A stretch of DNA of 64,000 bases from Raja brachyura (lineage: Eukaryota): NCBI GenBank assembly GCA_963514005.1, contig OY740781.1:177692001-177756000 (forward strand). Direction: 5' to 3'. Below, in pieces: positions 10,776 through 23,350 of this stretch; within the stretch, counting starts at the first letter, position 1, and each line of letters begins with the position of its first letter. The translations under genes and the position numbers were made by a program. The notes beneath the pieces were generated by a model. It saw only the letters and a list, made by a program, of their open reading frames with translations, was not told the origin of the DNA and searched no databases.

Positions 10776-12370
10776 CCGTTGCACTGCAAGTCTGCTCTTT
10801 TATTCAATAGGTTTTGGCTGATCCAACCAGCATGACTTTCTCATTCCCTTCCACATCTTCTGACTGTATAAAAAATGTCACCTTGAATATATCCGATGAC
10901 TCTTCCCATCTAGGATAAAATTCCAATAATTCATGACTATGTGAAATTCCTCATAATTGTCTTAAATAGGCTTTCCCTTCTAAGTTCTAGACTGCCCTAT
11001 CACACTCAGCATTCACTCCATCAATCCACTTCTGAATCTTATCTATTTCAATTAGGTAATTCTCATTCATTTAAAATTCAATGGCCCCACTGCTCAATCC
11101 TTCTTCATAAGTCAACCTCTTCCTCCAGGTGAACCTCCCAATAGCACTTCCAATGCAAGTACAGTATACCATTCCTTAAAATTTGAGACAAAAACTGGAC
11201 ACAGTATTGCAGGTATGGTCTCACCAGCACTCTATAAACTTGCATCATCAGTACAAAGTATTAATTTCAGATGGCAATTAATAGTAAATCCTGCGGGAGT
11301 CATGCTTACATCGAACAGGGGAAGGAGGGCGTATTTCCTTTCCTTATTTTCTATAGTTTCAAGGTTACCATTATTGATAGCAGCTCTTTATTCCACATAT
11401 GTAATTATTTGGATTTAAACTCCTCAGTTGTGATGATGCGATTTGAACTCTTATTTCTGGTAACATTGTAGTGGCCACTGCATTGTCATCCATCTAACCA
11501 CAATGCTTGTGTACCCGATGGCACATATGTAAGCATCAGCAAGGAAGATTTAAACCCTCAAGCTAGTGGAGACTTTCTAAGTGAAGAAGAATCTGAAGGC
11601 TAGATGTCCAGTTTTGCCTGGCATGTACATGTTGAGCTGATTGGGGGGGGGGGGGGTTCCTCGACGTGAATATTTTCTATAAACCTACGGATGTAAAGAG
11701 ATGCTCCCTATCCCGCTGAATTACTCCAGCATTTTGTGTCTACCTTCAATGTAAATAGACAAGGTTTAAATATCTGAGTAATAAGAATTGGAGGCACGTG
11801 GTGTCGGGGGAAGAGTGGGATAGAGGATGTGGGTACAGGACTGGAGGCAGTTGCACAGAGAAGGAATACTGAATGAGAAGGCTTCAGGGAAATTAAGGAC
11901 AACGATTGCTAATACGTGCATAATTACTGAATTTCCTCTCTGGAGAAGAAGATGATCTATGAAGGAATACACTGGGAAGGCACACACTATCCATTCACCA
12001 AAGATGTGTCCAAAACCCATCTGGTGGCAACAGAAACACCTACATTTTGTCTGTGATCCAACAAGATGAAGTGGGAAATTTTACCATTTATACCATTGCA
12101 AAATATATTATCAGAAAACACAATCATAATTGTGTCTATTGTGAGGTTTGTGGACAGAGAAGATCCACTGTGAAAACCTTAAACGCTGATAGCCCACTTA
12201 GTGCTCGCCAAAGAGCACTTGCAAGGTACAAGCACTGCACTCTGAACTAAGCTCGTAATCTCTTATTATCTAGCTCATTATTAAGCTCTGAACTACAGAG
12301 ACTATTATTGTTATTATTACACTATTATTGTTTGTATTTTATGTGTGCATATGTGTGCGCGTATATGTGA

Positions 12371-12580
12371 ATAGACAATAGGTGCAGGAGTAGGCCCTTC
12401 GAGCCAGCACCACCATTCAATGTGATCATGGCTGATCAGCCACAATCAGTACCCCGTTCCTCCCTTCTCCCCATATCCCCTGACTCCGCTATCTTTAAGA
12501 GCCCTATCAAGCTCTCTCCAGTGAACCGGCCTCCACTGCCCTCTGAGGCAGAGAATTCCACAGAGTCGCAACTCTCTGTG
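12371..12580 (-). mobile_element. CR1 3' end inserted into a Rex1-type 3' UTR remnant (about 12250-12690)
   Basis: caataggtgcaggagtaggcccttcgagccagcaccaccattcaatgtgatcatggctgatc...gagaattccacag; same family as 5146-5380. Confidence 0.8.
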
Positions 12581-13434
12581 TGAAATATGCATGCTCTGAA
12601 CTTTCTTTCTCATTTATTATATTGCGTGCAGTGTACTATGTTTCCATATTCTGCTGTGCTGTTGCAAGTAAGAATTTCATTGTTCTATCTGAGACATGTG
12701 TGAATCACTGCCCTCCCTGCTGCTCTACTAGTTTCCTGGGTACCACAGGTGGCCACCGTTGCACTTGCTACCTGAGAGAAATCTTTGGGTTGGGAGAACC
12801 ATGTATAAAGGTACAGGAAAACAGGCTTTCATCATTTCCAACAGGTGGTGCTGAGGGAGACGGTATGATCCTGGCAGTCTGTCAACAATGGAGCAGGTGT
12901 GGTCAGTCTCCCACAATCGGCTTCACTCACTGTGCATAATCTCCACATCTGTACAAATTTCCTGACACCCGGGTTCCCAGTAGAGCAGCAGGGATGCTAG
13001 AGTTCATGCAAGATTTCTGGCAGAGCAGTGTTATCAGTGACACATCTCCTAATATGCAAAGCCATAATGTCCTCTTTTAGCAATAATTCAATTAGTACTT
13101 TCATTCCTGGGGATGCATTCTGCATGTTAAATGAAGTACGACTGTCATATTTAAATTAAGTAGCAATAATTGGCACAGAATTCGGTTGAAGTAAATTGCA
13201 GGGGTAGTACATGAAAATTGCAAAAATCTCCGGAGCACTAAATGTGGGGAATTCAATTAATCGAATATTAACTGGTGTGACCAGTCAGTATAAAAAGTAT
13301 AGCCGGCACGGATTTTCTGAATTGCTTTCAGGACAACGATTCTAGCAAGAATGTAGCAAAGCTACCAAAGAAAAGTATGTAAGAAGTGGTGAGTAATTCA
13401 AAATTTAGTTTTAGGAATTGAAGCTGGCATGTCA

Positions 13435-13737
13435 GAATTCAATTCAATTCCATCTTTAATTGTCATTGTGCAGTGTACAGTACAGAGACAACGAAATGCA
13501 GTTAGCATCTCCCCAGAAGAGCAAACTTAGAATAATGAGTGGTAAAAAAAAATATATGTACAAACAGTATCAGTAGTACAATTATACTGGGGGAAGGAGT
13601 GTCCGGGAGGGTGACTGGCAATCACCGAGGTGCAGAGTTAAATATTGTAACAGCCGCAGGGAAGAAGCTGTTCTTGAACCTGCTGGTCCGGCAACGGAGG
13701 GACCTGTAGCGCCTCCCGGATGGGAGGAGGGTAAATA
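13435..13737 (-). mobile_element. Rex1/Babar-type LINE 3' end, splitting a decayed plus-strand CR1 (about 13150-15000)
   Basis: Minus strand encodes LPSGRRYRSLRCRTSRFKNSFFPAAV followed by a 3' UTR and aattg tail repeats. Flanks carry CR1 RT motifs (ggatttgtgaagggaagg, ctcagggttcagtacttggg). Confidence 0.75.
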
Positions 13738-16700
13738 GACGATTAATGGAAGCATTTGTAATTCACTTAAATTCTGCATAGCTCTGGAAAAAGACAAATG
13801 AGAAAATAGAAGTGAGGGTTCTAAATGGGACGAATAATAAAATAAAATGGAGAAAGGGAATAAAAGGTCTGTTAGTTAATTTTGGTGCTGAGAAAACTAT
13901 TGGAATGAATTCTAATGAACAGTTTAAAACTTAATTTAAAAAGGCATATTTAATCAAGGACAGTCGGTATGGATTTGTGAAGGGAAGGTAACATAATAGT
14001 TAGGGCTTTTGTTGTACTCGACGTGAACGTTATCAAGTCTTTTGATAAGATCCCATATAGTAAGCTGTCGAAAAGGTAAAAGCCCAGAAACATTCAAAGT
14101 CAATTCAAAATTGGCTCAGTGACAGGATACAAAAGGTAATTTTTTAAATGAATGGCAGGAAGTGGAGCTCCTCAGGGTTCAGTACTTGGGTGGCACAGCA
14201 GCTCCCCCAGCTTCCATAACATCCAATAGGAGGTGACGAGAGAGAGCATAGGATCATGGTGAGCCGTCAACTTGTGAAGCAGCTGATGTGTGTCTGTAGC
14301 AATAAACCACACTCACTTTTCTGGGCAGGTTGCAGCCCTGAGTCCTACATCACAGCACTGAGGGCTGACCCTGCTCACCCCAGTCCTCGTAAATACTCTC
14401 TGCGTTACGTCTTGATGGTTCACTCCACACTGAATAATACAGTGATGAAATTCCCAAATCTCCGAGTGCCAAGAGCAATCTAATGAATTAGCTCTGCAGG
14501 GTAGAACTAAGTAAGACCCCAGTGTTAATGGTAGATCTTGACAGGGTGTGGAGGAACATGCCAACCTTGGAATGTATGTACATAGATCCTTAAGAGGTAG
14601 CTGGACAGATAAATAAAATGATTAGAATTGCATATAGGATTTCTTCCTTTATTAGCTGTGGCACAGAATATAACAACAGGAAGTTAGGCTAGAATGGCAG
14701 ACAGACACAACTTGAGTACTGTTTCCAGAGCAGGAAATTTTTAATTGTGCTGAAGTGCTTACAGAGGAGATTTACAAGTTTGTTTTCAGGACTAGAAAAC
14801 TAGTTATGAGGAAAGATTGGATAAGCTAGAGTTAATTATTTGGAACAAAGGAAGATGAAATACCTAACTGTGGTGTATAAAATTCACCAAAAAGAAAATG
14901 AATTTCCCTGTTACATCTAAAAAGAACATAGATGTGTTTCTGAAGAGCCATGATTTGCAGGTCTAGGGACTAAGTGCTAGTAAGTGGGATCGACTTGATT
15001 AGGCTTGATAGCCCCATTTCTCCTTAGATGCTGCTGAACCCGCTGAGTTTCTCCAGCTTTTTGTGTAACCCTTGAATATCCAGCATCTGCAGTTCCTTCT
15101 TTAACCCATTTTAGACACAATGGGCCGTATAACCTCAGATTTATATTTACGTCTCTCTTATGTGGGGGTATAACTTACTGCTCCATTTTCAATACTTCAA
15201 CCAATTTACTATTCATCCTAACACAGTTGCTTTACCACCATGTCCCTTAATTTAATTAACAAGCTTCATAATTTGGCAACACATATACAGGTAGCCTGGC
15301 CTGTTACAAGAAACCTGGTGCCATGGGTTTGGATGCACATATTAGGAAAATCTGTGCACTATTGTTGCATTAACCCATGGTCAATAATATTGCTACTTAT
15401 ACCTGAATGTAGACTGATATTTTTTGTAATTAGTTGGATTTCTTTTACCTTTTGTGAACAAGGCTTATCTGATAAATATCAGCATTGAAATGGCGCTGGA
15501 AGAGCTTGGATAATTTGATAATAAAACTTACTACTATGGACAGATTTTGCCTGACCCCTGCATCCAGGACTTACAACTATTTTTTTGGTAGCATATAGAA
15601 TAAATTAAGTTGGCGAAAGTCTGCAATGGTGGAGATCTCGTGGAAGCTGATATGGATCAATCAAGCAGCACATCTGGGATGAACTGGCTTCATCCTCGTC
15701 TTCAGTAGTCATACATGTGCATATTCTCGCAGCCTCTTCCTCCTGCTCATTATTTAAGTGTTCACTATATTCATGAACAAGGCTCAGTTGTCCAGTCAGA
15801 AGATGCTGATAAAGACTATATACCTGTGGCAAAGAACTGCTGCCACACAGCTCAGGGACCTGGGTTTGTTACTGAGCCAGACTGCTGTCTGTGTGGACTT
15901 TTCATGTTCTCCATGTAACCATGTGTTTTCCCCTGAATGCTTTGGTAAATTTGCCACAGTAAATTGCCCCTGGTGGGTAAATTTACCAACTTTATGAGAA
16001 TTGGCATGGAGGGAATTGATTACAGGGAAAATGTGTGTGCGTTGAGATGACTCATTGGGCCAAAGTACCTTCCTTCTATAACTTTATGAAATATTTAGCA
16101 CATCTCTTGTGATCCTCTCCCCATGTTGCATGAGCAGCATGAACCCAAATTCACAATTACAACTATCATTCAACACTCAATTCTCATCGAAGTGTTAGGC
16201 AAACTTATTATCACTATGAACTTCATAGTATTTTGACAAAGAGCTTTTGGAATTCACAATCTTGATCTAGCATAAACAAATTATTATTGAAGGGCATGAA
16301 GAACCAAAAGGATGATATGCAGGGAATTGATGATCCATGAGAAATACTCATATGCGACTTATTTCAACATGAAGCGCTGCTACACAATACCTGGCAGTAG
16401 TACCGTAAACCAATGCCAACCAAGCTTTAAAAAAACGGGGGGTTAAATTGCAGTGTGTCAAATTTTGGTTGACACCACCCTCTCTGAACACCTTAGGGAA
16501 TTCTGCAGTGTAAAGATCCCAAATAAATAAAAGTAGTTCACTATAAGGCAGGAAAAACAAATGTAGTAATTAATGGGAATTAGCAAGTGCTGATATTTCA
16601 AATTGCCAAACTATTTTAATTAGTTACATCAATTGAATAAAATATTAAATTTTGCGAAATCAAGTGATTTAATTGTTCTGACTGTTGTCCACTGTGACAC

Positions 16701-17414
16701 ACAAAGTTCAAAGGACTGAGAATGTGCGTAAAATATAAAGGAATCTTCTATTTAACAGGGATGTCAAACATTCAAACTGACCTCGGGTTCCAAGGCAAAA
16801 TTTGCATTTTTGGGGCAGGAAGGGAGTAAGAAAATTATTTAATTACAATTCCTACTATTTTGTGTTTGTTAATTTTCAACAAAATCGTTGCAATTAATAT
16901 TTCAATAACTAATAGATATTATTATTATAGTATGTTTCACATTTTCATATTACTTCATACTTGATATTTGAAAAATATACAAATTAACAGAATTGCACAG
17001 GTATAGTTATATAAGCTAAATATTAATCTAATACAACAAGGTAGTGCTTCAGAGATTCACAGATCCAATAGAAGCAACAAAGAAAAGTCCTGTGACAGTG
17101 CCGTGATTAGATACATTTTAGTTTGTAACCTGCATCCAAGGTGCTATTAAAAATATTTTAAAAAGGGGATCATTATGCCAATTCAACAAGTGAGTCAGAA
17201 AGACAATGTTTTTAGCTGCATATGTAGAGGGAAACTAAGAAACATAACCTCCCTGTACCCTCCTAAGAGCATAAGCATTCATGTATGGGATTAATTCCAT
17301 TTGTCAGCACAGAATTTGGATTACTTAACATGTTTATAATGCAAAAGGACCAATAAGCTGTCCCCACAAAAGCCCAAGGAAAATAAACAATCTCCAAAAG
17401 AAACTCAATATGAA

Positions 17415-17621
17415 ATAAAGGATCTGCAAATGCTGGTTTATACCAAAGATAGACACAAAATGCTGGAGTAACTTAACAGGCCAGGCAGCATCTCTGGAGA
17501 ACATGGATAGGGACCCTTCTTCTGTAGTCTGAAGAAGGATACCAGCCCGAAATATCACCTATCCATTTTCTCCAGAGATGCTGCCTGGCCCGCTGAGTTA
17601 TTCCAGCATTTCTTGTCCATC
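17415..17621. mobile_element. Fold-back (inverted pair) Penelope pLTR insertion
   Basis: Minus-orientation copy with tail (17415-17522) abuts a plus copy (gtctgaagaagg...ccagcatttcttgtccatc). Confidence 0.8.
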
Positions 17622-17909
17622 CAAAATAAACCATTAGTTTTAGCTATTATGTTGAGCTATTGATCGCCGTATAAAAGAACAGCAAAATGTAATTGAGGTG
17701 ATCAGCTGCTGAAGTTAAAAGTAAATACATGTAAATAAAATGTGAAAGCAATGAAGAGTGAAAGCAATAAAATCTAACCTCCACTTAGAAATACCAGTAA
17801 TCTGAGATTGCTGGTGCCCAGCATACTCAGTGATGATGGGTGTATCTGTTGGTGTATTTGTTTCTTCCAGTGTGGTACAATGTGGTTCAGGGCATAGTCT
17901 ACTTTAGGG

Positions 17910-18029
17910 AGATAGACACTAAATGCTGGAGTAACTCAGCGTGACAGGCAGCATCTCTGGAGAAAAGGAATAGGTGATGTTTCGGGTCAGAACTCTTCAG
18001 TATAAAACACCATCTGCAATTCCTTCTTA
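17910..18029. mobile_element. Short Penelope pLTR insertion with 11-bp TSD
   Basis: Flanked by ctactttaggg at 17899-17909 and 18030-18040. An inverted pLTR body is joined to a plus-orientation tail (catctgcaattccttctta). Confidence 0.85.
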
Positions 18030-19278
18030 CTACTTTAGGGCGGTCAGCATCCAGTCCTTGTTGTGCCTAGGGCAGTGCATGGTTTCTCAGTACAAGGACT
18101 AGCTGTGCTGACAGAATGGATTTTTCAGTCAATGAGTCCCATTCCCCATGCTTGCTAGCTTTCAAAGCTTTTGTCAAATTTGAATGTCTTTGGTAGTCAT
18201 GCACATTGAGTGATTTGGGATCCATTACAATGATATTAAGTGAAAAAACTTTAAAATGTTCACGCTTGAAGATTGAAAACAGACACACTTAATATGTCTG
18301 AAGTAAATGAATTAAATAAAGACACCTTTGCTTTCTCCATGCAGCCAATTTCTTGCCTTCATATCTTTAGGCTTGCTAGCTTATGCCAGGTTAAACTGAG
18401 AGGTGGGAAAAGTGCTGCCGTGTAAGACTCGACAAGATATCTCCTACCATACATGTGTTCTTGGCTCGTGTTCTGCTAAGTAGAAGGCAGCATTATTGCC
18501 TCTGCTTGGGAATAAACTAGCTATGGGCATACCGGCTACAAGATTTATGCTGAAATTAGCCTCATCAACTACGCAGACAGCAGCTGTATAATGGCATAGG
18601 GACATATAATGACATCCTTTAGCCATGCAGTACAACTGAAGAGATTACTCTCACAGCATTTTAGATTTTTATACATTACAAGACTTCCTCGACGAGCATT
18701 ATGGAATATTCAAGGTATCCATAATGATTAGCATATCCGTTGCAATAAAGAGGCAAATAAAACAACAAATTGATTTACTCAGTTTTGGAATGTGGAAAAT
18801 TTTACATGGAGTTTTACATTTGTGCATTGAATGCTCCAGAGTTTAAAATTAGAATAACAATTAACCATGCAGTGGGAGATATCAACAGTATATGAATTCA
18901 AAGGGGAAACAGAGGCCTTCCACATACAGTGCCCTCCATAATGTTTGGGACAAAGACCCATCATTTATTTATTTGTCTCTGTACTCCACAATTTGAGATT
19001 TGTAATAGAAAAAAAATCATATGTGCACATTGTCAGATTTTAATAAAGGCCATTTTTATACATGTTGGTTTCACCATGCAGAAATTACAGCAGTGTTTAT
19101 ACATAGTGCCCCCATTTCAGGGCACCATAATGTTTGGGACACATGGCTTCACAGGTGTTTGTAATTGCTCAGGTGTGTTTAATTGTCTCCTTAATCCAGG
19201 TATAAGAAAGCTCTCAGCGCCTAGTCTTTCATCTAGCTTTTCCATCATATTTGGAAACCTTTATTGCTGTTTATTAAA

Positions 19279-20811
19279 ATGAGGCCAAAGTTGTGCCAAT
19301 GAAAGTCAAAGAAACCATTATGAGACTGAGAAACAAGAATAAAACTGTTAGGGACATCAGCCAAACCTTCGGCTAACCCAAAATCAACGGTTTGGACATC
19401 ATTAAGAAGAAAGAGAGCACTGGTGAGCTTACTAATCGCAAAGCGACTGGCATGCCAAGGAAGACCTCCACAGCTGATGACAGAATTCTCTCTTTAACAA
19501 AGAAAAATCCTCCAGCACCTGTCCGACAGATAGGGTTGCCAACTGTCCCGTATTAGCCGGGACATCCCGTATTTTGGGCTAAATTGGTTTGACCCATACG
19601 GAACCGCCCTTGTCCTGTGTTTCACTGCTACTGGGTCGAGGGGACTGTTGGGTCGGAGCGCCGCATCCGGCCCCGCCTCACCCGTCCCGACGTAGCCCAT
19701 GAAGGGCAGCAGCAGCGCCTCACCAGCGGCCCCATCAGTCGGCAGCACAGTCAGCTGTCCAACCTTCGGACCTTCGCTTACCGCTGACACCATCACCCCT
19801 CCTTCTCATGGCCGGTCATCGGTTCATGAGTTGAATTGGGGGCCGGACTTTGCGTCTTCAGGCCAAAAGTCTTCAGCTGGCCCACCGGCTGGGCTTTGAG
19901 TGCAGTCCAGCACCCGGGCGAACTCATCATTCACCCAGCCACCGCCGAGTCGGTCAACAAATTGCTGTCGGGAATTTGTCCTGTATTTTGATCTTTTGTC
20001 CCTTTTTTGGGAGTGAGAAAGTTGGCAACCTTACCGACAGATTCGAAACATTCTTCAGGAGTCAGGTGTGGTTTTGTCAATGATCAATGTCCACAGAAGA
20101 CTTCATGAACATAAATACAGAGGCTACACTGCAAGATGCAAACCACTGGTTAGCTGCAAAAATAGGAATGTCAGGTTACACTTTGCCAAGAAGAGCGACC
20201 ACAGTTCTGGAAAAAGGTCTTGTGGACAGATGAGACGAAGATTAACTTATATCAGAGTGATGGCAAAAGCAAAGTATGGAGGAGAGAAGGAACTGCCCAA
20301 GATCTAAAGCATACCACCTCATCTGTGAAACACAGTGGTGGGGGTGTTATGGCCTGGGCATGTATGGCTGCTGAAGGTACTGGCTCACTTATCTTCATTG
20401 ATGATACTACTGCTGATGGTAGTAGCATAATCAATTCTGAAGTGTATAGACACATCCTATCTGCTCAAGTTCAAACAAATGCCTCAAAACTCATTTGCTG
20501 GTGGTTCATTCTACAGCAAGCCAATGATCCCAAACATACTGCTAAAACAACAAGAGTTTTTCAAAGCTAAAAAATGGTAAATTCTTGAGTGACCAAGTCA
20601 ATAACCCAATCAAAACCTAATTGAGCATGCCTTTTATATGCTGAAGAGAAAACTGAAGGGGACTAGCGCCCAAAACAAGCATAAGCTAAAGAAGGCAGCA
20701 ATACAGGCCTGGCAGAGCATCACTAGAGAAGACATCCAGCAACTGGTGATGTCCATGAATCATAGACTTCAAGCAGTCATTGCATGCAAAGGATATGCAA
20801 CAAAATACTAA
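19279..20811 (+). pseudogene. Tc1 DD34E transposase pseudogene
   Basis: WTDETKINLYQSDG, VKHSGGGVMAWAC, QQANDPKH (the catalytic D of QQDND reads A) and terminal GYATKY*. Frameshifts, stops and the hAT insertion disrupt it. Confidence 0.92.
19531..20033. mobile_element. Non-autonomous hAT element nested in the Tc1
   Basis: TIRs tagggttgccaac / gttggcaacctta. Exact 8-bp TSD ccgacaga at 19523-19530 and 20034-20041. Subterminal tgtccc(g)tatt repeats. Confidence 0.93.
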
Positions 20812-21249
20812 ACATGACTACTTTCATTTACATGATATTGCTGTGCCCCAAACATTATAAATGGAGGACTATGTATAAACACTGCTGTAAATTCTACATG
20901 GTGAAACCAAAATGTATAAAAATCGCCTTTATTAAAATCTGACAAAGTACACTTTAACCACAGGTGATTTTTTTCTATTACAAATCCCAAATTGTGGAGT
21001 ACAGAGGCAAATAAATAAATGCTGGGCCTTTGTCCCAAACATTATGAAGGGCACGGTACATATTCCACTTACAACCATGGTTTTAGACAGAAAATGCAGT
21101 TGGGAACATTATGTCCCTTCACATAAATTGACGCCAAAATTATTCCTAATCTATTTTAAGTATCGAGGATATCATGTTTTCATAACTTGCGCTGTTAAAA
21201 TCAAATCCGTTTTTATTTATTCATTCGTTTTGTAGAGCTCGGGCTCTTG

Positions 21250-22110
21250 GTGATAAGGCCTGTGGGTTTACAGGGTGCTGTTGGAGTGACCTCTGCAAAT
21301 ATTTTAGCACATTATTTATTTGGCACACACAGTGGTGGAAAGAATATTAGCGTGGTGGACTCTTGCTGGATGTAAAACATCTTGAGTATTAATGGACCCG
21401 CACATATACATCCATGATATTCCTTATTTATTCCTTATAGAAAGTGAAATAGTTTTGGGGTATCAGTAGGTGTGTCACTCATTGCAAGATAGTCAGCCTC
21501 TGACCTGCATCTGTAGCATTACATTTATGTGGCTCATCCAGTGAGTTTCCAGTCAATGGTTATATTCAAGATATTGATGGTGTGGGAGTTGGCAATGGTA
21601 ATTCCATTGATTATTAAGGGTAGTGGCTTCGAATTTCTCTTGTTAGAGATAGTTATTGTCAAGCACTTCTGTGGTGTGAACATGACTTGCCACTTATCAA
21701 TACACATCTGAATGTGTCTACATTTCCTGCATTCCACTACATTTGCTGATGTGTTGTGAACAGAACTGAATATTGTGCAATCATCAACGAACATTCCCAA
21801 TTCTGACAGTGTGGTGGAAGGAAGCTTATTGAGGAATCTGCACCTCACTGTAATTCCAGGTTTGGTGGGTCTGTCCAGCTGGTGTTATACGATGTACTCG
21901 GGGATTGTGATAGATGAGTCTACTAGTTTGATTACATCCAGTTGTTGTTATCATCTTCAGATACAGCTCTCCCATCTTAGATACCTGAGCCCAAGTGTTT
22001 GTGAGGAACACTTTACAAAGTGAGCAGAGCTGGGAGCGACTTTGAATTCTGCATCCATGTGGATGTTGAGTGGGTTGTCCTGCTTTATTATTTTGCACTC
22101 CACTGGGGAC
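21250..22110 (-). mobile_element. Old CR1-group LINE RT remnant
   Basis: ORF 21534-21848: MFVDDCTIF (F/YADD-like), IDKWQVMFTPQKC, INILNITIDWKL. Confidence 0.7.
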
Positions 22111-22726
22111 AAAGATAGGACATCTAGAAATCACAGGCCATAGAAAGAAAGGCTAGTGTTTTTTTTTCAAGCTTGCTAATGGAAAGGCTTTTCCAAAAAT
22201 TAAGAAATGTAAACTGGGAACTCTCAAGCCAAGATAGCAGAATTGGCAGAAAATTGATATATTAGAAAACTTTTTAAAGTGCATTTCATATTTAACATTT
22301 ATTTACATAATTTGCATATGTTCTTCATGACAAACAACATTATTGAGGTTATGAATGCTGAAAATCACAGCATTGAACTCTGTGAGGAAAGATTGTTATA
22401 ATTTTGTGCAATTGGGCTCATTAAACGCGCAGTGCTATCGAGCTGCTATTATCTCTGACTCAATCTACTGTTTAATAAGCAAAAACCTGTATTAATCTAT
22501 TTTAGTCCATGCCTTTGGCAGTCTCCAGATCTTGATATTTCCTATGTACACCTAGTGACCTGGGGTAACAAAAATGTAGTGTCACTTATCTAATAAGTTT
22601 ATTGCTCCACTGTCTCTCAGGGATGTTTCTGGACTTTGTGTGAGTGAATCATGTTGCCAGTGGCCTCACAAATCAACATATTCCAATTACACTGCTTCAT
22701 ACACCAGAGTTTGATTTCATAAACCT

Positions 22727-22955
22727 GTGTCTGTGGAATTCTCTGCCTCAGACGGCGGTGGAGGCGGGTTCTCTGGATGCTTTCAAGAGAGAGCTAGATA
22801 GGGCTCTTAAAAATAGCGGAGTCAGGGGATATGGGGAGAAGGCAGGAACGGGGTACTGATTGGGGATGATCAGCCATGATCACATTGAATGGCGGTGATG
22901 GCTCGAAGGGCCGAATGGCCTACTCCTGCACTTATTGTATATTGTTTATTGTCTA
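22727..22955 (+). mobile_element. CR1 LINE 3' end
   Basis: LWNSLPQTAVEAGSLDAFKRELDRAL followed by the CR1 3' UTR gaagggccgaatggcctactcctgcac. Confidence 0.88.
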
Positions 22956-23350
22956 TAAATGCTGTAGAATTTCAAGCACTATAGAATGAGCAATGGAAAA
23001 TTAGGTGCTTGGGCAAAGAGGGAGGCCAAAGGAGTATCAGAGATGTAATCTGTAAATCAAAACCTAAGAGGGAAGCAATACTGAGGAGGAACGCGACAAT
23101 ATCTGAGAATGTATTTATGAAGAAGAGCAGTACAGAAATGGCGAGATTTGAGGCAAGAGCCAGAAGTGAAGTCAATGAGACTGAGGGAGTGTAACAAGTG
23201 CACTGGGTGTAGGGCCCTGTAAAAACGTTCAGATAAAACTGCCTGTGAATATGTCAATCAGTACATGACTGATGTGGGTGAAGGATAAGATTGATTGGAA
23301 ATCAATTACAATTGATTGGAAGTAAAATTACAGTTACGGGACAAAGTTCT

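Larger units (their letters stand above)
18927..21056 (+). mobile_element. Full-length Tc1-family DNA transposon (IR/DR type), defective
   Basis: TA|cagtgccctccataatgtttgggacaaag ... ctttgtcccaaacattatgaagggcacgg|TA. About 215-bp inverted repeats, each with an internal direct repeat of cataatgtttgggaca. Contains a transposase remnant. Confidence 0.95.

Noticed and set aside
15605-15832. Acidic minus-strand ORF (EQEEEAA..EDEDEASSS) as a candidate alpha exon
   Set aside because: No SKRRR-type start, far too short, ends in a stop rather than a donor, and overlaps a decayed HE1 SINE head.
17391-17632. tccaaaa(g/t)aa flanks resembling the TSD at 45382, suggesting a target-sequence preference
   Set aside because: The other clear TSDs (ctactttaggg, atctcctttgt, atgtaag) do not share it; two cases in AT-rich DNA are not enough.
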